The translations under genes and the position numbers were made by a program. DNA of 64,000 nt. It comes from an uncultured Chloroflexia bacterium (GTDB lineage Bacteria; Chloroflexota; Dehalococcoidia; GIF9; AB-539-J10). This document shows positions 1 through 10,501 of the stretch, piece by piece; the stretch's first letter is position 1, and each line of letters begins with the position of its first letter. The notes under the pieces are model-generated. The model made no database searches. It worked only from the letters and a program-made list of their open reading frames with translations, and was not told the DNA's origin. The stretch lies in NCBI GenBank assembly GCA_963726175.1, contig CAVSBM010000010.1:107155-171154 (forward strand). Direction: 5' to 3'.

Positions 1-219
1 CTTTAGCGACTGCAGCCTCATTATTTCCCTCAGTAACCTCTTCAAGCGATTACGCTGCACCGCTTTACCTACTTTTTTGGTCACTGAAAAACCGTATCGG
101 CTTAGATTTGAGCCATTGGGCATCGCCTTCATTACCAGCAAGCTACCTGCCCAGACTCTACCTTGTCGATAAACCAAAGTGTATTGTGCCCTATTGGTTA
201 AAAAACGAGGCTCCTTCAC
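1..219 (-). CDS. rnpA: Ribonuclease P protein component (runs off window edge)
   Basis: Not in ORF track; manual translation from GTG at 219 gives MKEPRFLTNRAQYTLVYRQG...RYGFSVTKKVGKAVQRNRLKRLLRE with the RNR motif; follows rpmH. Confidence 0.95.
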   Translation of the reverse strand, partial: MKEPRFLTNRAQYTLVYRQGRVWAGSLLVMKAMPNGSNLSRYGFSVTKKVGKAVQRNRLKRLLREIMRLQSLK

Positions 220-228
220 AGGACAGAG

Positions 229-369
229 CTAAACTGGAGTCAGCCTGTACCTCCCCTTGAGGCGCCTTGCTTGAAGTACTCGCCTTCCACCTCGAGTCGC
301 CATCCTGGCACGAAAACCTAAGCTTCGCCTTCGGGGAATCTTCTTTGGTTGATAAGTCCGCTTTGGCAT
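229..369 (-). CDS. rpmH: 50S ribosomal protein L34
   Basis: Manual translation [46 protein letters not shown] (46 aa). Confidence 0.97.
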   Translation of the reverse strand: MPKRTYQPKKIPRRRSLGFRARMATRGGRRVLQARRLKGRYRLTPV

Positions 370-372
370 TCT

Positions 373-663
373 TCAGACTGTCGAGCGCGATAGGCCGACG
401 CCTCCTGTTCTCCAAACATGGTTTGGTGCGTAAGGTAACATAGCGAGATAACGAGCTCTTTTTATCGCTTGCGCCAAGCTTCTTTGATGCTTGGCACACG
501 TTCTACTTCTTCGCCGTGAAACAATCTTACCCTGCAAGGAAATATAGCGAGACAACATAGAAACATCTTTATAGTCAATTTTCATCTTCCCTTTACAGAA
601 TGGACAGACTGCAGGTCTGCTGACGAAGTTCCGCGTGCTTCTTACTCTTCCAGTATTAACCAA
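373..663 (-). CDS. rpsR: 30S ribosomal protein S18 (Zn-binding form)
   Basis: CPFC...IDYKDV..L.RYIS..GKI.SRR.S.TCAKHQR..A.AIKRAR motif; rpsF-ssb-rpsR order. Confidence 0.96.
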   Translation of the reverse strand: MVNTGRVRSTRNFVSRPAVCPFCKGKMKIDYKDVSMLSRYISLQGKIVSRRRSRTCAKHQRSLAQAIKRARYLAMLPYAPNHVWRTGGVGLSRSTV

Positions 664-680
664 GTTCTCTCTCCTTCATT

Positions 681-1070
681 TTACTCAAATGGCAAATCTT
701 CAGGTTCAACCTCTCCCTCCTCAGGAACAGATGCCGGAGCTTGTTTGCCTAGGAAAAGGACACGGTCCGCAGTCACTTCAAGGCTGGTCCGCATCTGCCC
801 ATCCTGTCCTTCCCAGCTGCGAGCGTGGAATCTTCCCTCAACGTAAACTTGTCTACCTTTGCTTAAGAATTGATTGACCTGCTCAGCTTGTTTGCCCCAA
901 ACGCTGACCCTGAACCAGTCCGTCTCTTCTTTGCTCTCCCCGGCAGGAGTGGTGTAACGGCGATTCGTAGCCATTCGAAAAGAAGTGACCGCCTTTCCGC
1001 TAGGAGTATACCTCATCTCTGGGTCAGAGCCCAAATTCCCTACCAGTATTACTTTGCTTAAGCTCGCCAT
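681..1070 (-). CDS. ssb: Single-stranded DNA-binding protein
   Basis: KVILVGNLGSDPEMRYTPSG OB-fold start, acidic tail EDLPF. Confidence 0.97.
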   Translation of the reverse strand: MASLSKVILVGNLGSDPEMRYTPSGKAVTSFRMATNRRYTTPAGESKEETDWFRVSVWGKQAEQVNQFLSKGRQVYVEGRFHARSWEGQDGQMRTSLEVTADRVLFLGKQAPASVPEEGEVEPEDLPFE

Positions 1071-1071
1071 A

Positions 1072-1359
1072 TCAATCATTCACCTTCACCACAAGATACC
1101 GCAGGATGTCTCCCAAAGCGTCAATTTCCCTTTCAAGCTCTTTGACCGATTTGGGCAATAGCTTGAAACGAGCCAATATATAATCAGCTTCCATGAATCG
1201 CCTTACAGGGTAAGCTAGCCTTCTTTTACCCCAATTCTTTATCTCCTCCACGGCTCCGCCACGGCTATTGATCGACTGAGTCACCTTGTCCACAATCTTT
1301 GAGACTCCGTCTTCATCAACCTCGGGACTGATTATAGCTACTAGTTCGTAATCATGCAT
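1072..1359 (-). CDS. rpsF: 30S ribosomal protein S6
   Basis: YEL..I..P, WGKRRLAYPV, ILRYLVVK motifs. Confidence 0.96.
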   Translation of the reverse strand: MHDYELVAIISPEVDEDGVSKIVDKVTQSINSRGGAVEEIKNWGKRRLAYPVRRFMEADYILARFKLLPKSVKELEREIDALGDILRYLVVKVND

Positions 1360-1469
1360 CCCTAGATTTTATACCACAAGCAATAAAATGGCAACAAGGC
1401 TTATCGTCTAACCACATAGGATGTCTAGCTGCTAGAATGTCAGATCAAGCCAATGCTATAATTCCAGCG

Positions 1470-2498
1470 ATGAGACTGTCTGAGTTGGGGGAATTTGGCC
1501 TCATTGATGTCATACGCGCTACCAGCGCTCGATATGCAGATTCTGGACGTACCCCGTGGCGAGAAATCCTCGTGGGCATTGGTGATGACGCTGCTGCTTG
1601 GAAGACTGGCAATCGCATCCAGTTAGCCACCACAGATACTCTCGTTCAGGACGTTCACTTCGACCTGGGTGTTATCAGCTGGGAGGAATTGGGCTGGAAA
1701 GCACTGGCTGTGAACCTAAGCGACATAGCTGCCATGGGCGGTATTCCCGAGTACGCCCTGCTTTCTCTGGCACTGCCTGCCGAATTAGAGGTGGAAGACA
1801 TCACCAAGCTCATTAATAGCATGATGAGTCTAGCCAGCGAATTCGGGGCAGCCATAGTTGGGGGTAACGTAGCTACCGCTCCTAACATAGTTATAACGCT
1901 AACAATCATAGGCTGCTCAAAGGGCAAGACCATGCTTCAGCGCTCAACAGCTTCTCCGGGCGACCAAATAGCAGTCACAGGATACGTGGGGTCATCAGCA
2001 GCCGGCCTCGAAATGCTCAAGGGAAAGACCATCTCGGATTCTCACGTAAGAAATATCTTGAGACAAGCTCACTTTAGGCCTATGCCCAGAGTAAAAGAGG
2101 GGCAAATCCTGATTAAACAAGGAGTTAGAACTGCCATAGACATAAGTGACGGACTTGTTGCTGACCTCGACCATATATGTGAATCCAGCAAGGTCAACGC
2201 TAGGATAAACATAGAACAAGTGCCAGTAGACCCTGCAGTCACAGCGCATTTCCCGAACCATCGGGAGCTGGCTTTATCTGGTGGAGAGGATTATGAGCTT
2301 CTTTTCACGGCTAACAAGGCCACTATTGCCCGCGCCAAGCGAGCCTTGGACTGCCCGGTGACCGTAATAGGTGATATAACAGACCAAAAGTCACTAACAC
2401 GAGTGACTGTAGTGGATAACGAGGCAAATATCATCCCTTACACAAAAGGGGGGTGGAACCATTTCAGGAATGCAGCCTCTCACGTTAAATTCAGATAG
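1470..2498 (+). CDS. thiL: Thiamine-monophosphate kinase
   Basis: GEFGLI, GIGDDAA, VNLSDIAAMG, DISDGL, GGEDYELLFT motifs; start moved to ATG 1470 behind TATAAT. Confidence 0.95.
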   Translation: MRLSELGEFGLIDVIRATSARYADSGRTPWREILVGIGDDAAAWKTGNRIQLATTDTLVQDVHFDLGVISWEELGWKALAVNLSDIAAMGGIPEYALLSLALPAELEVEDITKLINSMMSLASEFGAAIVGGNVATAPNIVITLTIIGCSKGKTMLQRSTASPGDQIAVTGYVGSSAAGLEMLKGKTISDSHVRNILRQAHFRPMPRVKEGQILIKQGVRTAIDISDGLVADLDHICESSKVNARINIEQVPVDPAVTAHFPNHRELALSGGEDYELLFTANKATIARAKRALDCPVTVIGDITDQKSLTRVTVVDNEANIIPYTKGGWNHFRNAASHVKFR

Positions 2499-2955
2499 CC
2501 CTGAACAGACTCAGCTTTTAGGAAGCTACCTAGGGCAACTAGCTCAGAAAGCTGATGTTTTCCTCCTCACAGGCGAGTTGGGGACAGGCAAGACTTGTCT
2601 GGTCCAGGGTATCGCTCGTGGCCTGAATGTCAAAGAATACGCCTTCAGTCCCTCCTTCGTCATACTTAGACAATATCATGGCCGACTTCCGTTGTACCAC
2701 ATTGATTTCTATCGCCTGGATCAAATTGAAGAAATTGCTGACCTGGGGCTAGAGGAGTATTTCTATGGCGACGGAGTCTGCGCAGTTGAATGGGCAGACA
2801 AGGGGTTACATGTAGTGCCACAGGATAATCTTCTCATCTCCATACACTATGTACCTGTCTCGCAGACAGGAAGGTCTATTTGCTTGAAGCCTCAAGGCGA
2901 GCGCTACAATGAACTAATAGAACGGCTCAAAGACAAGAAGAAATTGTGGTTCTGA
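2470..2955 (+). CDS. tsaE: tRNA t6A biosynthesis ATPase TsaE
   Basis: GELGTGKT P-loop, SPSF, YHIDFYRL, VEWA. Confidence 0.95.
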   Translation: MQPLTLNSDSPEQTQLLGSYLGQLAQKADVFLLTGELGTGKTCLVQGIARGLNVKEYAFSPSFVILRQYHGRLPLYHIDFYRLDQIEEIADLGLEEYFYGDGVCAVEWADKGLHVVPQDNLLISIHYVPVSQTGRSICLKPQGERYNELIERLKDKKKLWF

Positions 2956-2986
2956 ATATGAGATAACCGAACCGTACAGAAATTCG

Positions 2987-3079
2987 AAAAACAAAGGTTA
3001 CAAATCGAAATGACGACTTAAGATGCACAGGCTTTTGATTGTTGCTCTGTCATTTTGCACTGTTACTCTTGCTTTTTGC
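2987..3079. repeat. Degenerate intergenic inverted repeat
   Basis: CAAAG...AAATGAC arm pairs imperfectly with GTCATTTT...CTTTG arm between tsaE and tsaB. Confidence 0.35.
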
Positions 3080-3094
3080 ATGTAGATTCTGGAT

Positions 3095-3838
3095 ATGGAA
3101 TTAGCTATAGACACCTCATTCAATTTCGTGAGCATTGCTTTATCTCACAAAGGTGAGATACTCGCTCTGCTCACATGGCGAACAAAGCAGAACCATACAA
3201 TAGAACTGTTGCCGAATCTAGTTTGCCTGTTACAACAAGCCGATGTGGGGCTAGGCTCCATAGAAGCAATCGTTGTGGCTAAAGGCCCGGGAAGCTTCAA
3301 CGGACTTCGAGTAGGTATGAGTACCGCCAAGGGACTGGCTTTTACCTTAAATGTTCCTTTACTTGGTGTAAACACATTGGAAGCTGAAGCCTATCCCTTC
3401 GCTTTTACTGGACTGCCTCTGCGGCCCATTCACGAGGCTGGTCGCCAAGAAATAGCCACCGCCCTTTATCGGCAAAGAGATAATGAATGGCAATGCCTGG
3501 AGGCAGCAAATCTAGCCACAATTGAGGCTCTGTGGTGCCGCACCAGGCAAAAGACACTTTTTTGTGGTGAAATTCCTGCAGACGTAGCCAGGCAAATACA
3601 GCAAAACTTGGGCAGGCGAGCTATAATTTCCGAAAGTAGTAGTCTATACCGACTTAACTCTTTAGCTGCATTAGGTTGGCGAAAATTGAGCGAAGGAGAA
3701 CACGATGACCTGGTCACTCTGCAGCCATTATATCTTCGCCCTCCTCACATAACCAAGCCCAAACAGAGAATACCCTTTTCATCATCACGAGTGGAGCGAC
3801 GGAAACAGAGCAATGGAAATCCCCAAACTAGATGTTGA
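3095..3838 (+). CDS. tsaB: tRNA t6A biosynthesis protein TsaB
   Basis: LAIDTS, GPGSFNGLRVG..TAKGLA, LQPLYLR. Confidence 0.95.
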   Translation: MELAIDTSFNFVSIALSHKGEILALLTWRTKQNHTIELLPNLVCLLQQADVGLGSIEAIVVAKGPGSFNGLRVGMSTAKGLAFTLNVPLLGVNTLEAEAYPFAFTGLPLRPIHEAGRQEIATALYRQRDNEWQCLEAANLATIEALWCRTRQKTLFCGEIPADVARQIQQNLGRRAIISESSSLYRLNSLAALGWRKLSEGEHDDLVTLQPLYLRPPHITKPKQRIPFSSSRVERRKQSNGNPQTRC

Positions 3839-4874
3839 ATATAGCGCAAGGTTTTGTTTTGCCTGCAGCCAGGAGAATCCCATAGGGCTAAAGCTGAAAC
3901 CTGTTCAGGATGGAGAAAAGGTCACTGCGGAGTTCACGGCCGGCAAATTCCATCAGGGCTGGGATAATGTTATTCACGGCGGTATTCTCTATACCCTCCT
4001 CGATGAAGTGACTGCTTACGCCATGCTTTGCCACGGGATTGAGCTTGGCGTTACCGCTAAGAGCGAGATAAGATTCAAACAGGTAGCACCCATAAATGAG
4101 CCTATCAAAGCGTCTGCCTGGGTCACCAAATTGACCAGGCGGCTCGTCGAAGCCAAAGGAGTGCTCAGCCTCAAGGACAATACCGTCATAGTCGACGGTG
4201 ACTTCCTATTCTACGTCTTGAGACAGTCGAAGAAGACAATTCTCTGGGACATGGACGGGGTGATTTCCGATTCTTATTCCTTCCACTTCGCTGCCTGGCA
4301 AGAAGTTTTCGCCAAAAGAAGTATAGAATTGACCAAAGCAGATTTCACCCAGCTCTTTGGCGCCAGAAATGACTACATAATCGGCACCATTATGGGCAGG
4401 CAACTCTCCGAAAGAGATGTCAGAACCATGGTACGGGAAAAGGAAGAGATTTTTCGACAGAAGGCAATAGGAAACATCAAGCCATTTCCCGGGGTAGTAG
4501 GGCTGCTTAATACCCTGAAGAAGGGAAACTTCAAACTGGGCTTGGTTTCTTCAGCGCCCAGCGAGAATGTCGACCTGGTCCTCAGTGAGCTTAATTTGGC
4601 AGGAATTTTCAATTCTATTGTTTTCGGTCAGGAAGTATCCGAGAGCAAACCCAGTCCCCAGATATATCTTTTGGCCGCCAGAAGATTGCAGGCGACACCT
4701 AACGACTGTATTGTAATTGAAGATTCTCCTCTAGGAGTGAAAGCTGCCAAGACAGCCGGGATGAAATGCCTGGCTGTGACAAATACACATCGCCGACAAA
4801 ATCTCAAGGAGGCTGATATGGTAGTTGATTCCCTACAAAACGTGGATTTGATTACGCTGCTCATGAGAGTCTAG
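3813..4874 (+). CDS. PaaI/hotdog thioesterase fused to HAD (beta-PGM-like) phosphatase
   Basis: N-half CFAC...HQG...HGG..TLLDE; C-half WDMDGV, KPSP..Y, IEDS..GV.AA..AG. Confidence 0.85.
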   Translation: MEIPKLDVEYSARFCFACSQENPIGLKLKPVQDGEKVTAEFTAGKFHQGWDNVIHGGILYTLLDEVTAYAMLCHGIELGVTAKSEIRFKQVAPINEPIKASAWVTKLTRRLVEAKGVLSLKDNTVIVDGDFLFYVLRQSKKTILWDMDGVISDSYSFHFAAWQEVFAKRSIELTKADFTQLFGARNDYIIGTIMGRQLSERDVRTMVREKEEIFRQKAIGNIKPFPGVVGLLNTLKKGNFKLGLVSSAPSENVDLVLSELNLAGIFNSIVFGQEVSESKPSPQIYLLAARRLQATPNDCIVIEDSPLGVKAAKTAGMKCLAVTNTHRRQNLKEADMVVDSLQNVDLITLLMRV

Positions 4875-4910
4875 AAATGAGCCAGGATAGAAAAGAAGGA
4901 GATTAAAATC

Positions 4911-5357
4911 ATGGAGAGAAGTCTAGTGCTTATCAAACCTGATGCTATACAACGGGCATTGGCTGGCCAAATTATTTCTCGCTTAGAAAGGAAAGGACTC
5001 AAGATCGTAGCCATGAAGATGTTGCATATGGACAAAGAGTTGGCTCGACGCCACTATGCCATCCACGAAGGGAAGGTCTTCTTTGACGATTTGGTAGGTT
5101 TCATTACCTCCAGCCCACTCATCGCCATCGTCTTCCAAGGTGAAAATGCCGTGCAAATAATACGACAAATGATGGGAGAGACCGACCCCGCCAAAGCCTC
5201 CAGCGGCACTATTAGGGGCGATTTCGGAATTGATATTGGACATAACTTAGTGCACGGCTCCGATTCACTGGAAAATGCCTCGAAGGAAATAGACCTATTC
5301 TTCTCAGCAGAGGAAATCTTCGACTATGACAGAGACCTAGATACGTGGATCTATTGA
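4911..5357 (+). CDS. ndk: Nucleoside-diphosphate kinase
   Basis: LIKPDA, GTIRGDFG, NLVHGSDS catalytic His. Confidence 0.97.
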   Translation: MERSLVLIKPDAIQRALAGQIISRLERKGLKIVAMKMLHMDKELARRHYAIHEGKVFFDDLVGFITSSPLIAIVFQGENAVQIIRQMMGETDPAKASSGTIRGDFGIDIGHNLVHGSDSLENASKEIDLFFSAEEIFDYDRDLDTWIY

Positions 5358-5695
5358 ATTCTAACCACAGGGATCGCCTTGTCCCATAACTTGTCCAGTT
5401 GATAGTAATCCCGCTCTAGCGGGCCGAAAATATGAACGATAACCGACCCAAAATCAGCAAGCAACCAACCTGAATCGGGCGTCCCTTCATTATGATGGGG
5501 CACAACGTCTCTAGTTCTTAATACCTCATCAATACCCTGCCATATAGCTTCAATATGCCGCTTGGTATCTCCCGTGCAGATAACAAAGTAGTCTGCAAAA
5601 GAGCACAAAGCTCTAACGTCCAGCATAGCAATATCCCGGCCTTGCTTCTCAGAAGCAAGTTCGGTGGCCAGCCGTGCTATTTCCTCAGCTTCCAG
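5351..5695 (-). CDS. rsfS: Ribosome silencing factor (Iojap)
   Basis: DYFVIC, W.L.D.GSVIVHIF, YYQLDKLW; homology extends past ORF-track start to CTG at 5695 behind AAGGAGG. Confidence 0.92.
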   Translation of the reverse strand: MEAEEIARLATELASEKQGRDIAMLDVRALCSFADYFVICTGDTKRHIEAIWQGIDEVLRTRDVVPHHNEGTPDSGWLLADFGSVIVHIFGPLERDYYQLDKLWDKAIPVVRIQ

Positions 5696-5873
5696 AAAGA
5701 CGCAAACCTCCTTACGTAATTATACCATCTATGGCAATAGTTGACTAAGGCTGTCGTTCCGTGTATATTCTGGAAATTTAGAATCCTGCTGCAAGGCTAC
5801 CTTCTCCGTGAACTTGAGAATAAGATTTTCGGGCTTGCAATATATCTGATATAATTGAAACGACGGTAAAGAC

Positions 5874-7700
5874 ATGCAAACCAAATGGTGGCGTAGTGGT
5901 TTTCTTTACATACTGCTTCTAGTAGTGGTAGGGGCTCTGATACTTGCCCGCGTCACGTCCGGAGCGGGGCCTGAGCCCATAGATAAAATTGGGCTCTTCA
6001 TCGATAAAGTTAAGGAGGAGCAAATCGATACTATCCAGCAAGACGGTGATACCCTGATTGCCTTAAAAGGTGGTGAGGCTAAGTACAAAACCGGCTTTAT
6101 TGGCAGTACTGAGGAGTTGCGGCAACTGCTTGAAAGCGAAGGGGTGGACCCCGGTATCGTTGCTCCCATAGTCGGTAGTATTGATTGGGGAGCAATAGGA
6201 TTGACAGTCATTCTACCCATTGTGCTGCTTGGAGCGCTATTCTATTTCTTGTTCTTTCGGGCTGCCCGTGGCGCTGGCACACAAGCCTTCAACTTCAGCA
6301 AAAGCCGTGCTCGATTGACGCTTGACAAGAGGCCTGAGGTGACTTTCGCCGATGTCGCGGGAGCAGACGAGGCTAAGGAAGAGGTCCAGGAGATAGTGGA
6401 ATTCCTCAAATTCCCCCAGAAATTTCAAGCACTGGGGGGACGCATACCCCGAGGAGTGCTCCTCGTAGGGCCGCCGGGAACTGGCAAGACTCTGCTGGCC
6501 AAAGCTATAGCCGGAGAAGCGAGGGTACCTTTTTATTCCATCAGTGGCAGCGAATTTGTGGAGATGTTTGTGGGTGTGGGTGCCGCTAGGGTCAGAGACC
6601 TCTTTGACCAGGCCAAGCGCAATGCACCATGCCTTATATTCATTGATGAAATTGATGCTGTAGGCCGACACCGCGGTGCTGGCCTAGGCGGCGGGCATGA
6701 TGAAAGAGAGCAGACCCTCAATCAGATTCTCGCTGAGATGGATGGCTTCGATACCAATGCCAACGTCATCGTCATGGCTGCCACCAATCGCCCCGACATT
6801 CTTGACCCAGCCCTCCTCCGCCCTGGTCGCTTCGACCGACACGTCGTCATTGACCTACCCGACATAAAAGGTCGCAAGGCTATCCTTGAGGTACATGCCA
6901 AAGGAAAGCCGCTAGCTAAAGAAGTCGACCTCGAGACTGTAGCTAAGGAAACACCAGGATTCAGCGGCGCTGACCTTGCTAACTTAATTAATGAAGCAGC
7001 CATCCTGGCTGCGCGGCGCAACCGTAAAGATATCACATTAAAAGAGCTTGAAGAGGCGGCTGACCGTGTTCTAGCTGGACCGGAAAAGAAAAGCCGCATA
7101 ATAAGCCCTAAGGAGAAAGAAATAATTGCCTACCACGAAAGTGGCCATGCCTTGACCGCCAAGATGTTGCCTAATGCTGACCCTGTCCACAAGGTTTCCA
7201 TTGTCGCGAGAGGAATACTTGGGGGCTGGACACGTTTCTTGCCATCTGAGGACCGTCATCTATGGACTAAATCTCAGTTTGATGACAGGCTGGCAGTTAG
7301 CTTGGGCGGACGCGTTGCTGAGGAAATAACCTTCGGAGAAATGACCACTGGTGCCCAACATGACCTGGAAGAAGCGACTAAGCTAGCTCGAAAAATGGTC
7401 ACTGAGTATGGCATGAGCGAGAAGTTGGGCCCACGGACCTTTGGTCAAAGGCAGGAACTCATCTTTCTGGGTCGTGAGATCAGTGAACAAAGAGATTACA
7501 GCGATAGGATAGCTCAAGAAATCGATGACGAAGTGCACAATATCATCCAGCAGGCCTACGATACTGCCAAGAAAGTTCTGACCGCGAATAAAGAGAAACT
7601 AAACCAGCTAGCTAAAGAGCTTATAGCTCATGAAACTCTGGATGAACCTGAGCTCAACAAAATATTTGACGGCTTGGCCCCGCAGCCAGCCGCCGGCTAA
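5874..7700 (+). CDS. ftsH: ATP-dependent zinc metalloprotease FtsH
   Basis: Two TM segments, [27 protein letters not shown] zinc motif. Confidence 0.97.
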   Translation: MQTKWWRSGFLYILLLVVVGALILARVTSGAGPEPIDKIGLFIDKVKEEQIDTIQQDGDTLIALKGGEAKYKTGFIGSTEELRQLLESEGVDPGIVAPIVGSIDWGAIGLTVILPIVLLGALFYFLFFRAARGAGTQAFNFSKSRARLTLDKRPEVTFADVAGADEAKEEVQEIVEFLKFPQKFQALGGRIPRGVLLVGPPGTGKTLLAKAIAGEARVPFYSISGSEFVEMFVGVGAARVRDLFDQAKRNAPCLIFIDEIDAVGRHRGAGLGGGHDEREQTLNQILAEMDGFDTNANVIVMAATNRPDILDPALLRPGRFDRHVVIDLPDIKGRKAILEVHAKGKPLAKEVDLETVAKETPGFSGADLANLINEAAILAARRNRKDITLKELEEAADRVLAGPEKKSRIISPKEKEIIAYHESGHALTAKMLPNADPVHKVSIVARGILGGWTRFLPSEDRHLWTKSQFDDRLAVSLGGRVAEEITFGEMTTGAQHDLEEATKLARKMVTEYGMSEKLGPRTFGQRQELIFLGREISEQRDYSDRIAQEIDDEVHNIIQQAYDTAKKVLTANKEKLNQLAKELIAHETLDEPELNKIFDGLAPQPAAG

Positions 7701-7720
7701 CTAACGCAGCGCAACGCAAG

Positions 7721-9410
7721 TCAAGACTCAGTTTCTTGATTTCCTTTCAAGGAGCCAAGTCTACTGCTTTCTTTCGAGACGACATCTTCGTCTAGCTTGA
7801 TGAATAACGGTTGAGGTTCACGAAGTCTCTGCCCGGGAGGCAAAGACTGGATCTTCCAACCTCCTTCCTTGACGTTACCATCAAATCCCAGGAAAGAATG
7901 AAGCCCTTCGGAACTGAAGGGGAGGAAAGGATATAGAATAGTCTTCAATGCTGCCAGTACAGAGAGGACAGTGTACACGGATTTAGCTGAAGTCTCTCGC
8001 TCCGTCTTAATTGTCTTCCATGGAGCTTGTTCGTCAAGGTAGCGATTAGCTTCCTGGGCGAGAGACATAGCCTGCCTAATCGCTTCTTTGAACTCACAAC
8101 GATAAAGCAACTTATCCGCGCTGTCCAACGCAACTTCAGCTCCGTGAAGCAAGCCCTGGCTGCGTTCGTCCAGTTCACCGGGCGCAGGCACAGCTCCATT
8201 GAAATTGCGATAAGCAAAAGTGAGAACACGATGAGCTAAATTCCCGTAAGTGGCTACCAGCTCATTATTATTACGACGGAGGAATTCGTGCCACGAAAAA
8301 TCACTGTCCCCGCTTTCCGGCATGTTCGCAGCCAGAGCATATCTCAAAGGATCCGGCTTGTACCGTTCCAGGTAATCAGGGAGCCAGATTGCCCAGTTAC
8401 GGCTGGTAGAAAGCTTCTTGCCCTCTATAGTCAGAAACTCATTAGCCGGAACATCGTAAGGAAGATTAAGACCGCCGTAACCCATCAACATCGCCGGCCA
8501 AATCAGGGTATGAAAAAAGATATTGTCCTTGCCGATGAAATAAAAACTCTTGGCATCGTCTTGCCAGAAACCTTGCCAGGCGGTGTCATCCCCCTGCAGT
8601 TTTGCCCATTCCTTGCTTGCCGATAAATAACCGATGACTGCTTCAAACCACACATAAATACGTTTACGCTCAAAGCCAGGTTGTGGCACAATTACCCCCC
8701 AATCCAAATCACGGGTAATTGCTCTATCCTTCAATCCCTCATCCAAGAAATTTCCATGTGGTGCTAAGCACATGATGCCGCCAACCAGTCTGCCCTTTTA
8801 TCCAGGCCGTCAACTTGTCCTGAAAGGAAGAAAGGCGCAGAAAGAAATGCTCCGAAGACTCAAAACGAGGCGAAGTAGCACAGATGTGACACCGAAGGTC
8901 CTCAAGCTCTCCTGAATTCAAAGGCTTGCCGCACTGATCACATTCATCACCTCGCGCTTTGGTGAAGCCACAGTTAGGACAAGTACCTTCCAGATAGCGG
9001 TCAGGAAGGAATCTCTGACACTTAGGGCAATAAGCTTGAAGCATCTTATCTTTGTAGATATAACCCTTGTTGAGCAAATTGAGGAATATGTTATGAGTAA
9101 CCTGAGTGTGGTTCGCTGTACCAGTGGTAGTAAATAAATCGAAAGAGATGCCCAGTTTCTTCCAGCAGTCAATAAACTGTTGGTGGTACTTGGCCACCAC
9201 CTCTTGTGGCGTCGTGGATTCTCTCTCCGCACGAATTGTAATCGGGGCCCCGTGCTGGTCGCTGCCTGAAACCATCAGCACTTTGTTGCCCTTAAGACGA
9301 TGATACCGCGCAAAAATATCGGCTGGCAGATAAGCGCCGGCAATATGTCCTAAGTGTAGAGGACCATTGGCATAGGGCCAGGCGACACCAATGAAAATGT
9401 GCTCGCTCAA
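7721..9410 (-). CDS. metG: Methionyl-tRNA synthetase (one +1 frameshift near 8745-8760, probable sequencing error)
   Basis: HLGH motif, Zn knuckles, [15 protein letters not shown]; halves join if one A is removed from TGGAAATTT. Confidence 0.93.
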
Positions 9411-9498
9411 ATCATCACCGAAAGGTTACTCTATTGTAAATCATTGGCTGACCTATGTCATCGCCCCGACCTCGACCTCAGACGATGATTACCAGAAT

Positions 9499-9702
9499 TT
9501 ATTCCTTTGGGAGAAAGGTGATTATTTGCTTTCCTTTCTCCGTTCCATGTGAGACATAATCATGGCTCTCACAACAATCAATACAAAGACGCTGCCGTTC
9601 ATCCCCCTCCCCGTCGATCATAAGATAACGCTCCCCATATTTGATAGGACGATGACAGCCGTCACATTCTACCTTTCCTATAGCAATACAACCACGGCGC
9701 AT
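9499..9702 (-). CDS. Small Cys-rich (CxxC...CxxC) hypothetical protein
   Basis: SD AAAGGAG upstream; CDGC and CIDC pairs; packed between rsmI and metG. Confidence 0.7.
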   Translation of the reverse strand: MRRGCIAIGKVECDGCHRPIKYGERYLMIDGEGDERQRLCIDCCESHDYVSHGTEKGKQIITFLPKE

Positions 9703-9703
9703 T

Positions 9704-10396
9704 TTAGCTCCTTTCCTGAAATTTCAACCAGGCTCGAGTCCTACCTTCAATAACTAGACTAAACTCCCCTCTCGGTTCGACAAAATGCTCCCTAGCCTGG
9801 CTCACCCTGCCCCGGAAAATCTCTTCGTGAACCTTAGTAAGCTCACGACATACGGACACTCTTCTATCCCCCAGGATTTCCTCAATATCAGTCAACGCCT
9901 CCCTCAGACGATGGGGTGTCTCGAAAGCCACTATAGTTCTGGGCTCATCCATTATTGAACTGAGAAGGCGCTGCCTTTGCCCCTTGCGGCGGGGCAAAAA
10001 TCCGACGTAAACAAATTGATCGGTCGGCAACCCAGAGACAACTAACGCCGTAATCACTGCCGAAACGCCAGGAATCGGCACCACAGAGATTCCCTGTTCA
10101 ACAGCAGCGACAATAAGGTCGTAACCAGGATCACTTAGGCCGGGCATGCCAGCTTCCGAAACTAGAGCCAGGTCCTCCTTCTCAAGATAATCCAGTAAAT
10201 AGTCGAGCTTAGCTCTACTAGTATGCTCATGATAACTAGTCAACGGAGTTCTTATATTATACGCATTAAGCAAGCGGCGCGTTTTGCGGGTATCTTCAGC
10301 AGCAATAAGTTTCACTTCACCCAAAAGGCGCAAGGCACGCAGGGAAATATCTTCCAGATTGCCAATAGGAGTAGCAATCACATAAAGAATGGGCAT
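9704..10396 (-). CDS. rsmI: 16S rRNA C1402 2'-O-methyltransferase
   Basis: ATPIGNLEDIS.RA, AEDTR, SEAGMPGLSDPG, RELTK.HEE. Confidence 0.96.
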   Translation of the reverse strand: MPILYVIATPIGNLEDISLRALRLLGEVKLIAAEDTRKTRRLLNAYNIRTPLTSYHEHTSRAKLDYLLDYLEKEDLALVSEAGMPGLSDPGYDLIVAAVEQGISVVPIPGVSAVITALVVSGLPTDQFVYVGFLPRRKGQRQRLLSSIMDEPRTIVAFETPHRLREALTDIEEILGDRRVSVCRELTKVHEEIFRGRVSQAREHFVEPRGEFSLVIEGRTRAWLKFQERS

Positions 10397-10501
10397 GAGC
10401 CAGAATTATACTCGATAGCTATGATTTTATCCACAAGTATTCTTGACTTTGGACCGTTGTGCTTGTATAGTTTGTGGCAATTTCCATCAAGGTAGATAAG
10501 A

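Noticed and set aside
191-499. 102-aa minus-strand ORF
   Set aside because: Off-frame overlap of rpsR, rpmH and rnpA
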